Source: an uncultured bacterium (GTDB lineage Bacteria > Zixibacteria > MSB-5A5 > GN15 > FEB-12). From it: a DNA stretch of 64,000 bases. Below are positions 39,563 to 50,389 of this stretch, piece after piece. Below the pieces are notes generated by a model. That model did not search any database and was not told the origin of the DNA. It saw only the letters and a list, made by a program, of their open reading frames with translations. The position numbers and the translations under genes were made by a program. The DNA lies in assembly GCA_965372795.1 (NCBI GenBank), contig CBDVDR010000016.1, positions 19,119-83,118 on the forward strand, given 5' to 3'. The stretch's first letter is position 1; every line of letters starts with the position of its first letter.

Positions 39563-42205
39563 ATGGCGGCAAACGAATTTGATGATGACCAAACAAGATC
39601 GTTTACTCTATTAGTCGCTGGTACCAAAGTCTCGCATTACACAATCATCTCCAAGATCGGTGCCGGTGGAATGGGTGAAGTCTATCTGGCAGAAGATTCT
39701 CAATTAGATCGTAAAGTTGCCTTAAAATTCCTCCCCCCTCATCTCTCTCAAAATAAAGCCAGTCGTGCTCGATTTGCACGTGAAGCAAAAGCTGCCGCCA
39801 AGCTTGATCATCCAAACATTGTCCCAGTTTACGAAGTTGGTGAATTTCAGGACAGACCGTACTTCGCTATGGCGCATATTGAGGGTCAATCTCTCAAGGA
39901 AGTTATCAGGGAAGGAAAGCTAACAGTACCCAATGCGGTTGAATACACCAAACAAATATGTGAAGGACTTTATAAGGCTCATGAATCAAATGTTGTACAT
40001 CGTGATATAAAACCTGCCAATATAATTATCGACAATGATAATAAACCTCGCATCCTTGATTTTGGATTGGCTACAGTTCAGGGTGAAGAAAAGCTGACCC
40101 AAACCGGTTCAACATTGGGTACGGTTGGCTACATGTCGCCTGAGCAGATCACCGGCAAGAGTGTTGATCATCGCTCTGATCTGTTTTCAGTTGGAGTGAT
40201 TTTATATGAAATGCTCACCGGACGACGTCCTTTTGAGGGCGACAACGATGTTTCTATTCTCAATGCCATAACCAGTTCGACTCCGGAACCGGTGGCTCGT
40301 TTCAAGTCTGGCGTTACAGGAGAATTACAACAAATTGTAAACAAAGCCCTCGCAAAAGATTCTTCCGTTCGCTATCAGCATGCTGATGGGATGCTTGCTG
40401 ACCTGAAGGGTCTTAGCATAGAGTCCAAGAGCCGGGTGAAGAGAAAGCTTCCCCTGTGGATAGCTGTAACAATTGTAGCTTTGGTTTTAGGATTTTTCGG
40501 TCTTTCTCAGATACTTGACGAGCGCACTTTCTCCTCGGGGCCAACCAGACTCGCCGTGCTACCTTTTGGGAATCTGGGTGAGAGAGATAAAGACTATTTT
40601 GCTACAGGGATGACCGACGAAATCATTAACAAGCTTATCTCAATCAGAGATTTGAAAGTGATTACAAGACAAAGTGCGGGACGGATGAAACAGGAGGGGA
40701 TGGACGTCAGCCAGATCGGTAAAGAACTAGGGGTTGACTATGTTCTGGATGCTTCGGTTCACTGGTTGAAAAGCAGCAATGGTGCCAAGCGTGTTAAACT
40801 GGTAACACGTTTAATTAAAGTATCTGACGGGTCTGTTCACTGGGGAAAATCATATGATACGACCATGACAGAGCTTTTTGACATTCAAGCGGATATGGCC
40901 ACAAGGATTTCCGAGCAACTTGGGGTTGTGCTTACTCCTCAAGAGAAGATCATTGTCGCGGGAAGAACCACGAACAGCGACGAAGCCTGGGATTATTTTG
41001 TTCGAGGAGATAGTTATTATAATGAAGACCCATACTCTGAGAAATATCTTAACCTGGCTCTGGAAATGTATAATAAAGCTATCGAGACAGATTCTGGTTT
41101 TGCCAAAGCCTATACGCAAAAATCGCGAATGTACACCCGATTATATTTCTACAACATCAATGTAACCGATTCCATTAAGTCGCTTTCTTGGGAAATGGCT
41201 AATAAGGCAATTGAAGTCTGCTCTGACCGCTCTTCTGATCACGAAGGTCACATGGCCCTTGCAAATTACTATTATCGTTGTGAAAGAGATTATGAGAGAG
41301 CCTTAGAATCGTTGGATAAGGCGTATGTAGGGATCGGCGGAAAGGATAACGCAGGATATCATCATTTTGCTTCTACTTACTTACGTCGTATGGGAAGATG
41401 GAAGGAAGCCTACAAACATGGAGCAATCGCCGCCGAAATGGAACCGAAAAACTTCCACTTACACAATGAGCTTGGTGGCACACTCATCTTGATGCGGAAA
41501 TACAGAGAAGCGGAAAAGTCTTTTCGAAAGGCAATCGCGCTGAAACCTGATTATTTTGTGCCGTACGAAATGTTGACTGAGGTAAGTATCAGTTGGCAGG
41601 CTGATACCGAGAGGGCGCGGGAAATCATAGAATCTTCATGGCATAAAATTGAAGATACCGCTCGCTGGGGGGATTTCATGATAACTCTTAACGGAATGGA
41701 AGGGGATTTTGAGGCCGTAAGAAACCATGCCAATTCATACTCGGATAAAGCATTGTTATATGATTGGCAGGATATTACAGATTCTGCTGTAATTTATTGG
41801 GATTCAGCTCTGATTGAAAATCAAGAAGAATTAAAGGATAAAACGCTGACTCCCATCCAATGGGGTAGCCTTGGAAAATTGTATGCTCGTATGGGAAACC
41901 GTAAAGAAGCAATAAATCATATTAATAAAGCATTGGAATTGATGCCTATGTCGAGGGATGCGCTTGACGGAACTGATCATCTGATTCAGCTTTTCTATTG
42001 TTATGTTTTCTTCGGCGAATTTGAAAATGCTAACAATCAAGCTGAGAAGATTCTTCAAGTCCCTGCCTATTTTGATATTGGACAACTCTTATTGGATCCC
42101 GACACACGTAAATTTATCAAACATCCAGGCTTTGCGCGCTTGGTTAGTGAGTATGGCAATGAATATCATAAACGGCTTTATATAGAAAAAGTCGGACAGT
42201 TGTAA
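39563..42205 (+). CDS. Hanks-type Ser/Thr protein kinase with TM, TolB-N-like domain and TPRs
   Basis: GAGGMGEVY, VALK, HRDIKPAN, DFG, YMSPEQ; LAVLPFGN; TPR repeats. Confidence 0.92.
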   Translation: MAANEFDDDQTRSFTLLVAGTKVSHYTIISKIGAGGMGEVYLAEDSQLDRKVALKFLPPHLSQNKASRARFAREAKAAAKLDHPNIVPVYEVGEFQDRPYFAMAHIEGQSLKEVIREGKLTVPNAVEYTKQICEGLYKAHESNVVHRDIKPANIIIDNDNKPRILDFGLATVQGEEKLTQTGSTLGTVGYMSPEQITGKSVDHRSDLFSVGVILYEMLTGRRPFEGDNDVSILNAITSSTPEPVARFKSGVTGELQQIVNKALAKDSSVRYQHADGMLADLKGLSIESKSRVKRKLPLWIAVTIVALVLGFFGLSQILDERTFSSGPTRLAVLPFGNLGERDKDYFATGMTDEIINKLISIRDLKVITRQSAGRMKQEGMDVSQIGKELGVDYVLDASVHWLKSSNGAKRVKLVTRLIKVSDGSVHWGKSYDTTMTELFDIQADMATRISEQLGVVLTPQEKIIVAGRTTNSDEAWDYFVRGDSYYNEDPYSEKYLNLALEMYNKAIETDSGFAKAYTQKSRMYTRLYFYNINVTDSIKSLSWEMANKAIEVCSDRSSDHEGHMALANYYYRCERDYERALESLDKAYVGIGGKDNAGYHHFASTYLRRMGRWKEAYKHGAIAAEMEPKNFHLHNELGGTLILMRKYREAEKSFRKAIALKPDYFVPYEMLTEVSISWQADTERAREIIESSWHKIEDTARWGDFMITLNGMEGDFEAVRNHANSYSDKALLYDWQDITDSAVIYWDSALIENQEELKDKTLTPIQWGSLGKLYARMGNRKEAINHINKALELMPMSRDALDGTDHLIQLFYCYVFFGEFENANNQAEKILQVPAYFDIGQLLLDPDTRKFIKHPGFARLVSEYGNEYHKRLYIEKVGQL

Positions 42206-42236
42206 AAATTCCCTAAGATCAAGGTACGTCACTGAT

Positions 42237-42281
42237 CATACATCAAAAAGTTGCAAAAGTTGTCTAATGAATCCTGTCTTT
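42237..42281 (+). repeat. att-like scar
   Basis: catacatcaaaaagttgcaaaagttgtctaatgaatcctgtc. Confidence 0.8.
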
Positions 42282-42518
42282 GACCTATATGCTTGACAAT
42301 TGTTGAGCATTTTTTTGTAAATATACAAAGGCATAAACCGATTTGGCGACATTTTACCCCCATAATTTGTGTTTGTTTTTATTGGCTATATTACTCATTT
42401 TATATATTGAGAATACGAAAAAACAAAATAGAAATATTTTAGCCTATGGTGACAAACAGTTTTGATGATGTTTCCAAAAATATTTTAAATTTTTATTTTG
42501 AAAGTATGATCGTGAGAC

Positions 42519-44795
42519 ATGAATAAATTTTTACAAAAACAATTTGGTTTTCAACAGATTGAAATAAAAAAACTCAACGGCTATGAGAATCAAAACTATC
42601 TGGTTAAAAGCGAACGCGGGAAATATGTTTTTAAAACATATCTCAAAAACAGAGAATTGTTAGCACTGATTGAAGCAGAGAATGAAACACTTTTATTTTT
42701 GCAAAACAGTAAGAGTGAGAAATTCCCCAAACCAATTCAATTTACAGATGGCAGTCTGGTCAAAAATCTTAAAATAGACGGAAAAGAACGAATATGTAGA
42801 ATGCTCTCTTTCCTTGATGGGCATTTATTAGGAGAAGTAACCCACACAAAAAGCTTATTTCAATCTTTGGGAGCCTTTCTGGCTCAATTGGATAAACAAC
42901 TTCAATCGTTCAATAGCTATACCCTCAAGGCAAGACAATGGGAATGGGGTGTTCAATACTTTCATTGGAATAAAAAATACATTAAGGATATCGCAAGTGC
43001 GAAGAACCGAAGCATGGTAAGCTATTTTTTTCAACAATTTGAAGAAAATGTTGTTCCTATACTTCCTGAGTTAAGAAAATCCATTATTCACAATGATGCC
43101 AACGAATGGAATGTTTTGGTGAATGATGGAGAAGTATCGGGTATTATTGATTTTGGTGATTTGGGGTACTCTCCACTTATTAATGAATTGGCAGTAGCTA
43201 TTGCTTATTCCTGTTTCGACAAGGAAAATCCTTTGGAATGGGCATCTACCATTCTAAAATCATATCACCAAATATTGCCGATTGAAGAAAATGAAATAAC
43301 AGTTTTATACTACCTGATAGCGGCCAGACTATGCACAAGTGTATGTAATTCTGCCTATTCAAAAAAACAAAATCCTGATAACAAATATGCCTTTGTAAGT
43401 GAAAAATCGGCTTGGGGAATGCTCTATCGTTGGCTAAGAATCAATCCGATAGCAGCTGAAAACAGTTTCCGCATAGCGATAGGGTTGCATACTTTTAATC
43501 CGAAGTCAACTGACAAAATGATAAAAGAAAGACATGATATAGCGAGTCCTGTACTTGCTTTGACTTATTCGAAGCCGATTTATATGACCGGGGCAGCTTT
43601 TCAATATATGTTTGATGCCTACGGGAATACGTACTTAGACGCATACAATAATATTCCTCAGGTCGGTCATTCACACCCGAAAGTAGTAGCGGCCGGTCAG
43701 AAACAAATGGCTGCACTCAATACTAACACAAGGTATCTCTACGATCTTTTACCTGAGTATGCTAATAAGTTATTATCTAAATTCCCTGACTCACTTAACA
43801 AAGTATTCTTTGTTAATTCCGGGAGTGCCGCATGTGATTTAGCAATTAGATTAGCCCAAGCGCATACCGGGCACAAAAACATTATGGTAGTCGAACATGG
43901 TTATCACGGTCAAACTCAGACCGGAATAGATATCAGCGCCTATAAGTTTAGCAACCAAGCAGGCCAAAGGCAAAAAGACTACGTCCTTAAGGCAACTATT
44001 CCCGACACTTACAGAGGGCAATATACTACCAATGATGGCAGTGCCGGAAAATTGTACGCTACTGATGCGATTGTACAGATTAATAATTCAGACTCACCAA
44101 TTGCGGCCTTTATCAGCGAACCTATAGTAGGTTGCGGCGGACAGGTTCCTTTAGCCAGAGGATATTTAAAAGAAATTTACCCGGAGATAAGAAAACAAGG
44201 CGGAGTTTGTATTAGCGATGAAGTTCAAACAGGATTCGGACGTTTGGGAGATTTGTTCTGGGGATTTGAGGCGCAAGAAGTTGTACCTGATATTGTAATT
44301 TTAGGAAAACCTATGGGCAATGGTCATCCTATGGGAGCGGTAATAACCACAACAGGAATAGTCGAATCATTTAGTAAAGGGGTTGAGTTTTTTAGTTCAT
44401 TTGGCGGTAATCCGGTTTCGTGTGCGATTGGCTTATCTGTTTTAGAGGTGATTGAAGAAGAAAAGTTGCAGGAAAATGCGAGGATAGTGGGTGATTTCTA
44501 TAAATCACTTTTTATTGAACTTCAAAAAGAGTTTCCTTGTATTGGTGATGTAAGAGGTTCCGGTTTATTTATTGGTGTGGAATTGATAAAAAATGAAAAT
44601 AACTCAGAACCAGATACTCATTTAGCCAATCATATTAAAAACGAACTTAGAAACCGAAATATACTCATCAGTACAGATGGTCCTTTTGATAGTGTTCTTA
44701 AAACTAAACCTCCGTTGTGTTTTACTAAGGAAAATGCTCAACAAGTAACAGACCAGATCTATGAAGTGTTAAAAACATATTACTGCAAAAGATAA
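42519..44795 (+). CDS. Phosphotransferase fused to class-III PLP aminotransferase/phospho-lyase
   Basis: HNDANEWN...IIDFGD kinase motif; [16 protein letters not shown] class-III motifs. Confidence 0.88.
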   Translation: MNKFLQKQFGFQQIEIKKLNGYENQNYLVKSERGKYVFKTYLKNRELLALIEAENETLLFLQNSKSEKFPKPIQFTDGSLVKNLKIDGKERICRMLSFLDGHLLGEVTHTKSLFQSLGAFLAQLDKQLQSFNSYTLKARQWEWGVQYFHWNKKYIKDIASAKNRSMVSYFFQQFEENVVPILPELRKSIIHNDANEWNVLVNDGEVSGIIDFGDLGYSPLINELAVAIAYSCFDKENPLEWASTILKSYHQILPIEENEITVLYYLIAARLCTSVCNSAYSKKQNPDNKYAFVSEKSAWGMLYRWLRINPIAAENSFRIAIGLHTFNPKSTDKMIKERHDIASPVLALTYSKPIYMTGAAFQYMFDAYGNTYLDAYNNIPQVGHSHPKVVAAGQKQMAALNTNTRYLYDLLPEYANKLLSKFPDSLNKVFFVNSGSAACDLAIRLAQAHTGHKNIMVVEHGYHGQTQTGIDISAYKFSNQAGQRQKDYVLKATIPDTYRGQYTTNDGSAGKLYATDAIVQINNSDSPIAAFISEPIVGCGGQVPLARGYLKEIYPEIRKQGGVCISDEVQTGFGRLGDLFWGFEAQEVVPDIVILGKPMGNGHPMGAVITTTGIVESFSKGVEFFSSFGGNPVSCAIGLSVLEVIEEEKLQENARIVGDFYKSLFIELQKEFPCIGDVRGSGLFIGVELIKNENNSEPDTHLANHIKNELRNRNILISTDGPFDSVLKTKPPLCFTKENAQQVTDQIYEVLKTYYCKR

Positions 44796-44862
44796 ATGTC
44801 ATTAAAAACAAGCATTGATTAGTTTTATTCAGTCATAGTAGAACACCTGATATATTTTGGGA

Positions 44863-44943
44863 ATACATCAAAAAGTTGCGAAGATCGTCTAACTACCCGC
44901 TATTTTTTCGAGAACCCTGATGAAATTATCGGGGTTTTTTCAT
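44863..44943 (+). repeat. att-like scar plus terminator
   Basis: atacatcaaaaagttgcgaagatcgtctaactacccgc followed by aaccctgatgaaattatcggggtttttt. Confidence 0.82.
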
Positions 44944-44970
44944 ATCGTAATTTTCAGAATTCAACTTACT

Positions 44971-46083
44971 TTATTGCCAGGGTCCGTTCTTTGTAACATT
45001 GAAAAAGTATTTCCCATCAAAGCGATAGAGTCCAGCCCCGGTACCAAACCAAAGCCGTCCTTCTTTATCTTCAAAAATGCTCTGCACAGCATGCTGTATA
45101 AGGCCATCCTTTTTAAAGAAATTTCTGATGGATTTTCCATCGTAGCGGTATACTCCAAAACCCTCATCGGTAAACCAAATGTTTCCGGCTTTATCTTCAT
45201 AAATATGCCAACCCTCATAAGAGCTCAGCCCTTCTTGCTCCGAAATATTTGTAAAGGTTTTGCCGTCATAGCGGCTAATACCTTTGTGACGGGTAGCGAA
45301 CCAAATATTACCTTTCTTATCTTCTAAGATACACTGAACAAAATTATCGCTGAGACCATCTTTCACTGAAAAATTGGTTAAGGTTTTTCCATCATAGCGA
45401 TAGACGCCCCTGCCATTGGTTGCGAACCACATATTGCCTGCCCTATCTTCTATGATACTCCAAACAACCTTAGGACTGGTAACCCCCATTGAATAATCTC
45501 TCTCTAAAGCCGCAGGAATTGCAAATGGTGTAAAGGTTTCTCCATCGTAGCGACAGACTCCTTCTAAAGTACCGAACCAAATGGTTCCGGCTCTATCTAC
45601 AAATATGCTCCATACGTTATTATCACTAAGCCCATCTTTTTTGGTAAAATTACTGAATGATTTTCCGTCATATTTAGATACTCCACCATTCGTTGCGAAC
45701 CACAGGTTGCCGTTATTATCTTCTACTATGCCTTTTATTTGATTTCCACTAAGTCCTTCTTTTGTAGAAAAATAGGTAAGGGAATTTCCGTCGTATCGGC
45801 ACACGCCATCATAATTAGTGCCGAACCAGAGGTTTCCGTTTTTGTCCTGAAATATCCGGCGTATATACTCGCTAATCTGTAAAGCAGTGTCGGGTCTCTT
45901 CCTATAATCCATTCCATTGAAGTGTTCGTAGTCTGGAATATTTCGAAGTCCTTCTGGATTTGTTTGTGATTCAATAATGATATCATTTGGAAAGTTTGTT
46001 ATGTCATGTCCGTTACTTGAAGCAATTAATACTAATAGAATTAGCAGGACGTAGATTTGTTGGCGCATATAATTCCTCTTCAT
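44971..46083 (-). CDS. Secreted two-component-regulator propeller repeat protein
   Basis: Repeated EDxxGNLWFGT..GVxRYDG and ..DGL motifs. Confidence 0.88.
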   Translation of the reverse strand: MKRNYMRQQIYVLLILLVLIASSNGHDITNFPNDIIIESQTNPEGLRNIPDYEHFNGMDYRKRPDTALQISEYIRRIFQDKNGNLWFGTNYDGVCRYDGNSLTYFSTKEGLSGNQIKGIVEDNNGNLWFATNGGVSKYDGKSFSNFTKKDGLSDNNVWSIFVDRAGTIWFGTLEGVCRYDGETFTPFAIPAALERDYSMGVTSPKVVWSIIEDRAGNMWFATNGRGVYRYDGKTLTNFSVKDGLSDNFVQCILEDKKGNIWFATRHKGISRYDGKTFTNISEQEGLSSYEGWHIYEDKAGNIWFTDEGFGVYRYDGKSIRNFFKKDGLIQHAVQSIFEDKEGRLWFGTGAGLYRFDGKYFFNVTKNGPWQ

Positions 46084-46269
46084 TTGTGGTAGTTATTTTA
46101 TAATAAAATATATCATTTACTGCCGGTCTATGCCAGTTTGAACTATTGCTTAAGCATTATGTACATAATATGTCCATTTTCTTTGTTATTATACAATCTA
46201 TTGTATTGGTGTTCCAAAAATTGTTGATAATTCAATTTAATCAAAGTTTATAACAATTGAATCACGATT

Positions 46270-46312
46270 CTGAACTCCATAAAATTTTGGGAGAGTGACA
46301 TTGTAGTCGCCA
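46270..46312 (+). repeat. att-like scar, second family (distal end of the array)
   Basis: ctgaactccataaaattttgggagagtgacattgtagtcgcca. Confidence 0.5.
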
Positions 46313-46420
46313 TTTATTATCAGTGAATATTTTTTATTGCTCAATTTACTTTTACATTATAGATATAAAGTAACTGGTAAAGTGTCGTAAACAATGATAG
46401 ATATTAAGTAGGCTCTTTTT

Positions 46421-47056
46421 ATGCATAGCGCGATCCTTCGGGGAACCGATTTTGTAATCCAATCAGATGGCCAGACTGTCAGGCATGCGAACTTTTTTTC
46501 AGGCTTTTCCTTAGGCACAAGATTGGGACTGCTTACTCCGAAGGGATTAGATGGACTCGGTGCGGCTAATCTTGTTTTGGGCTATGTAACCGCATTTTAT
46601 GATCGTCACCGGGAAAACTCTGATAAATTTCATGCCTATCCGGAGTTTCGCACGTTCCAATGCGGGTCGCAAATTACCGACTATGGCATGCTTGATATTT
46701 ATCCGATGGAAAAGAATATTAGAACTAAAAGCAACCCCGAATCAAATTTACAAGCGATCATCGAACAAAAGATTAATATCCTCCTGACTCCCGACAGACA
46801 TTCATGGCAATCAAAAATTAACAGCGAACTAATTGAATCAGTCAAAAAAAAAGTTCATACCTGCTATTCATATTCAGTTGGTGGTGAAGTTGCCGATCCC
46901 GATCTAATAATCGAATGTCACAAACCGGAAATATTCGATTGGCTCAAGGCAGTAACTGAAACGATGCCGGATAGTCAGGCAACGATTCCATCCCTGCCCT
47001 ACCTTAAACAATCCTATCGCAGGATTTCATTAGAATCCGCACTCAGAAATTTGTGA
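46421..47056 (+). CDS. Hypothetical protein
   Basis: Long ORF with VTAFYD, AYPEF and MLDIYP motifs; no function assignable. Confidence 0.6.
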   Translation: MHSAILRGTDFVIQSDGQTVRHANFFSGFSLGTRLGLLTPKGLDGLGAANLVLGYVTAFYDRHRENSDKFHAYPEFRTFQCGSQITDYGMLDIYPMEKNIRTKSNPESNLQAIIEQKINILLTPDRHSWQSKINSELIESVKKKVHTCYSYSVGGEVADPDLIIECHKPEIFDWLKAVTETMPDSQATIPSLPYLKQSYRRISLESALRNL

Positions 47057-47090
47057 TTTATTATAATTATTTCAACTTTGTCTATTAAAA

Positions 47091-47127
47091 AACAGACCCG
47101 TTAAATTATTATTCTAACAGGTCTGTT
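47091..47127. terminator. Terminator between convergent genes
   Basis: aacagacc...ggtctgtt stem preceded by an A-tract. Confidence 0.55.
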
Positions 47128-47150
47128 GTGACTTTAAATGACTTTTAAAA

Positions 47151-48362
47151 TTATCTTTTATGACATTGAATACATAGATCCATCGATGGATTTAAAGGCA
47201 GATATTTTGGGAATTCTGACCCGTGAAGTTGGTGGCAACTTAAACAGTTTACCGGCAGTTCACTTCTTGGATCAATCACATCGTCGCCAAGGGGGTGTGA
47301 AGATTCATGTGAGTCAGAGTGGCAGCCGATACAAAGTTCCAGTTCAACCGATTTCAAATAGTTCTCGTTATTAGCCCCATGAGGCAGATGGCAATTAGAG
47401 CAATCTATACCACTATGAGTTACAAATTTTTCTTTGTTCTTACTTCCCTCTTCATTAAAATGACAGCTCATGCAAAGATTAATTTGGTTAGCACTAAGTA
47501 AATTTTCAGCTTCAGAAGCATGAGGATTATGACAGTTCATACAGGAAATTTCATCATCCAAATTATGTTGGAAGACCATTTTTTTATCTACCACATTTTT
47601 ATGACATTTCAGACAGAGCTTTTCATTGCTTGCTTTTATAGCAAAAGCATTGCCGCTTGAAGTTTCATGACAGACATTACAATTTCCCCCTTTAAAAGGA
47701 GCATGTTGATTAGAACGCAGAAGGTTTTCAATTGTTGAAGAATGGGGGTCATGGCAAGCAATACAATTTGACTCAGTAATTTCATAGCCTCGATGTGCAT
47801 TTTTAATTTCATCGGTTGATTGGTGACAATCATAACAGACTTTAGGAACACTGTTTTTCAGCAGGTTATTATTCATTTCACCATGGGGACCATGACAGGC
47901 AGAACAATTTCCTTCAATGATGGGTGCGTGCACAAAACTGTTCTCCATCCAGTCGCTTATGGTTGAATGGCATGAAAGACACAACTCTGGTTGGTCGTTC
48001 TGCACTAAAGCCGGGAAATCAGAAGCATGGGGGTTATGGCAAGCCGTACACTCCCCTTGAAGGGCAGGAATATGAGTTGACTGGTTTTTTAATTCTTCGG
48101 TTATGGATTCATGGCAAGAGGTGCACAACGGTAAAAGTTCATCACCCAATAAAGAGGCATGTTTCGAAGCATGAGGATTATGGCATTGAGAACATTTTCC
48201 ACTATCAAAAGCGGCATGGACATGTTTTTTTTCGGTTAGATTTTCAAAATCGGCATGACACTCGAAACAAATTGACGGTTCGTCAACCGGGATTATTTGT
48301 GCTGTGATAGACACACTAATAAGGAGAGCAATTATCACGAGAATATTTCTAATGAGTTTCAT
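47151..48362 (-). CDS. Periplasmic multiheme cytochrome c, 16 CxxCH
   Basis: Signal peptide; 16 CxxCH counted; doubled CxxCH..H pattern. Confidence 0.92.
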   Translation of the reverse strand: MKLIRNILVIIALLISVSITAQIIPVDEPSICFECHADFENLTEKKHVHAAFDSGKCSQCHNPHASKHASLLGDELLPLCTSCHESITEELKNQSTHIPALQGECTACHNPHASDFPALVQNDQPELCLSCHSTISDWMENSFVHAPIIEGNCSACHGPHGEMNNNLLKNSVPKVCYDCHQSTDEIKNAHRGYEITESNCIACHDPHSSTIENLLRSNQHAPFKGGNCNVCHETSSGNAFAIKASNEKLCLKCHKNVVDKKMVFQHNLDDEISCMNCHNPHASEAENLLSANQINLCMSCHFNEEGSKNKEKFVTHSGIDCSNCHLPHGANNENYLKSVELELCIGCHSDSHESSHPLGDDVIDPRSELPVNCLSCHQLHGSEFPKYLPLNPSMDLCIQCHKR

Positions 48363-50350
48363 TATTTGGTTTCCTTATTTTCTTCACTTTTCTTGTGGCA
48401 GACATCACAATTATTTCCATTAAAAGGATCATGACTATTTTGGAAGAACATTTGATCTGTCTCGGCGGCATGAGCATCATGACACTTGCGGCAATCTATT
48501 TGTTCTCCAGACAATCCCAAATGTTTCTTTTTGAAAGATTTGTCTTCTCCATCATGGCAGGATAAGCAAAGTGTCGGAACAGCTTCGGTTAACAGTCTTT
48601 TATGATTGCTCTCATGGGCACTGTGACATCCCAGGCAATCTCCTTCCTCTGCCGGAGCATGGGCAACCTGATTCTCTATACGATCTTTTATGTCATCGTG
48701 GCAGGTTAAACACAGCCTCTCGGGTTTGTCCACTAAGAGATGTTCAATCTTACCGTGATGAGGTTGATGGCAATCGTTGCAGAAGCCGTCAACAACCGGT
48801 TGATGCGTGCTTCCGTTTTCATCAATCACATCTGAAGTAATATCATGGCAATCCAAACATACCTGTCCGGGCTTGGAAATCATAAGATTTTCAAAGTCGG
48901 TAGCATGGATTCCATGACAATTATCACATGCCTGTTCTTCAAATGGTGCATGTATAATAGAACTTCCTTCGGTGTTCATAATATTTTTATGACATGATTC
49001 ACAATTTTCATTGCTCTCTTTGAAAAGAAGATTACTCAGCGCAGATGCATGAGGCGCATGACAAGAATTGCATTGTCCTATTTTTACGGGTGGATGTATG
49101 CTTTTTTGGCTCATCCAATCAGACATTGTATCATGACAATCACCACACAGGTCCGATCTAACATCCTTTGTAAGCTTACCATGATCAGAACTATGAGGCA
49201 AATGGCAATCAAGACATTCTCCATCAACAAAAGGAGCGTGGGTGTTCGCGGCATCAAGTTCTTTTTTTTGATCAGTATGACAGTCAAGACAAAGTTGTGT
49301 GCTTTCTTTAGATAACAATTTGTTTTCCATACTACCATGGCCACTGTGACAGTTGGTACAATCGGTTTGTGCCGGTTCGTGACGACTGAATTTATTCAGA
49401 TCAGATGTAATATCATCATGGCAATCAGCACAAATTTGGTTTACCGGTTGATTTAATAGCATTTTCTGAGGTGAAGAGTGGGGATTATGACAATCAATAC
49501 ACAAGCCGTCAACAACCGGAGAATGAGTATTTTCAGGAGCAACATCAGCTTCATCATGACAATTGAAACACATGTTATTATCGTCTATTAATAAAGCAAA
49601 AGGATTTTCGCTATCGGGAGAATTATGACAGCTTTCACAATCACCTACCGCCATCGGTCCATGGACAGAACCGGAAAATAATTTAGGTAAATCTGAAGAA
49701 TGAGCAGTGTGACATTGAGAACAATTTGACTGACCTACAGGATATTCAAAATGTGCCGAGGTAAACGATTTTTCTTCAGGATTATGACAGGAAGCACAAA
49801 GTTCAGTCTTTGACTTAATCAAAACATTTTCATGGTCCGTTCCATGAACATTATGACATGAGGCACAGCCGTCTTCTAAGGGTGGATGCAGATGTTTTTT
49901 TTCAAACTCTTCCCGATTATGGCATTTAAAACAAGTTTCCTTTAATTCATCTTTCAATAAGCCTTTATGGTCGGAAGCATGGATGTCATGGCATAAAAGA
50001 CAATTACCCTCTGACACAATAGGATGTACATTTGAGTTATTTAAGCCAAGAGCCTCCGGAGTATGACAGGTGAAGCAAAGTTCACTTCCCTCTTTAACCA
50101 ATCTAAGGGTACCGACAAGCCCGTGCGGCTTATGACATGAGAGACATTCTTTTTTATTAAAAGGAGCATGTTTGATACTGCCCTTAAAATTCTCACTTTT
50201 ATGACAATCAAGGCAATTGCTTTTTTTAGCAAAGCGTTTACCTCTTTTTATTTGAGCAGAGACATAATCAGGTGTTAGCAAAGTTGCAGATAAAAGAAAA
50301 AACAGAATAAATATCTCTTTAATAAATTTTGTTTTATATCTTTTTTTCAT
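48362..50350 (-). CDS. Periplasmic multiheme cytochrome c, 26 CxxCH
   Basis: Signal peptide; 26 CxxCH counted. Confidence 0.92.
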   Translation of the reverse strand: MKKRYKTKFIKEIFILFFLLSATLLTPDYVSAQIKRGKRFAKKSNCLDCHKSENFKGSIKHAPFNKKECLSCHKPHGLVGTLRLVKEGSELCFTCHTPEALGLNNSNVHPIVSEGNCLLCHDIHASDHKGLLKDELKETCFKCHNREEFEKKHLHPPLEDGCASCHNVHGTDHENVLIKSKTELCASCHNPEEKSFTSAHFEYPVGQSNCSQCHTAHSSDLPKLFSGSVHGPMAVGDCESCHNSPDSENPFALLIDDNNMCFNCHDEADVAPENTHSPVVDGLCIDCHNPHSSPQKMLLNQPVNQICADCHDDITSDLNKFSRHEPAQTDCTNCHSGHGSMENKLLSKESTQLCLDCHTDQKKELDAANTHAPFVDGECLDCHLPHSSDHGKLTKDVRSDLCGDCHDTMSDWMSQKSIHPPVKIGQCNSCHAPHASALSNLLFKESNENCESCHKNIMNTEGSSIIHAPFEEQACDNCHGIHATDFENLMISKPGQVCLDCHDITSDVIDENGSTHQPVVDGFCNDCHQPHHGKIEHLLVDKPERLCLTCHDDIKDRIENQVAHAPAEEGDCLGCHSAHESNHKRLLTEAVPTLCLSCHDGEDKSFKKKHLGLSGEQIDCRKCHDAHAAETDQMFFQNSHDPFNGNNCDVCHKKSEENKETK

Positions 50351-50389
50351 GAGCCACCTTAATAAATAGAATTTCTTAGTTTGGTTAAA

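Noticed and set aside
30443..46312. Repeats as a CRISPR array or classical integron attC sites
   Set aside because: Spacing is mostly kilobases and irregular, no cas or IntI gene is present, and the repeats lack the GTTRRRY/RYYYAAC inverted structure.
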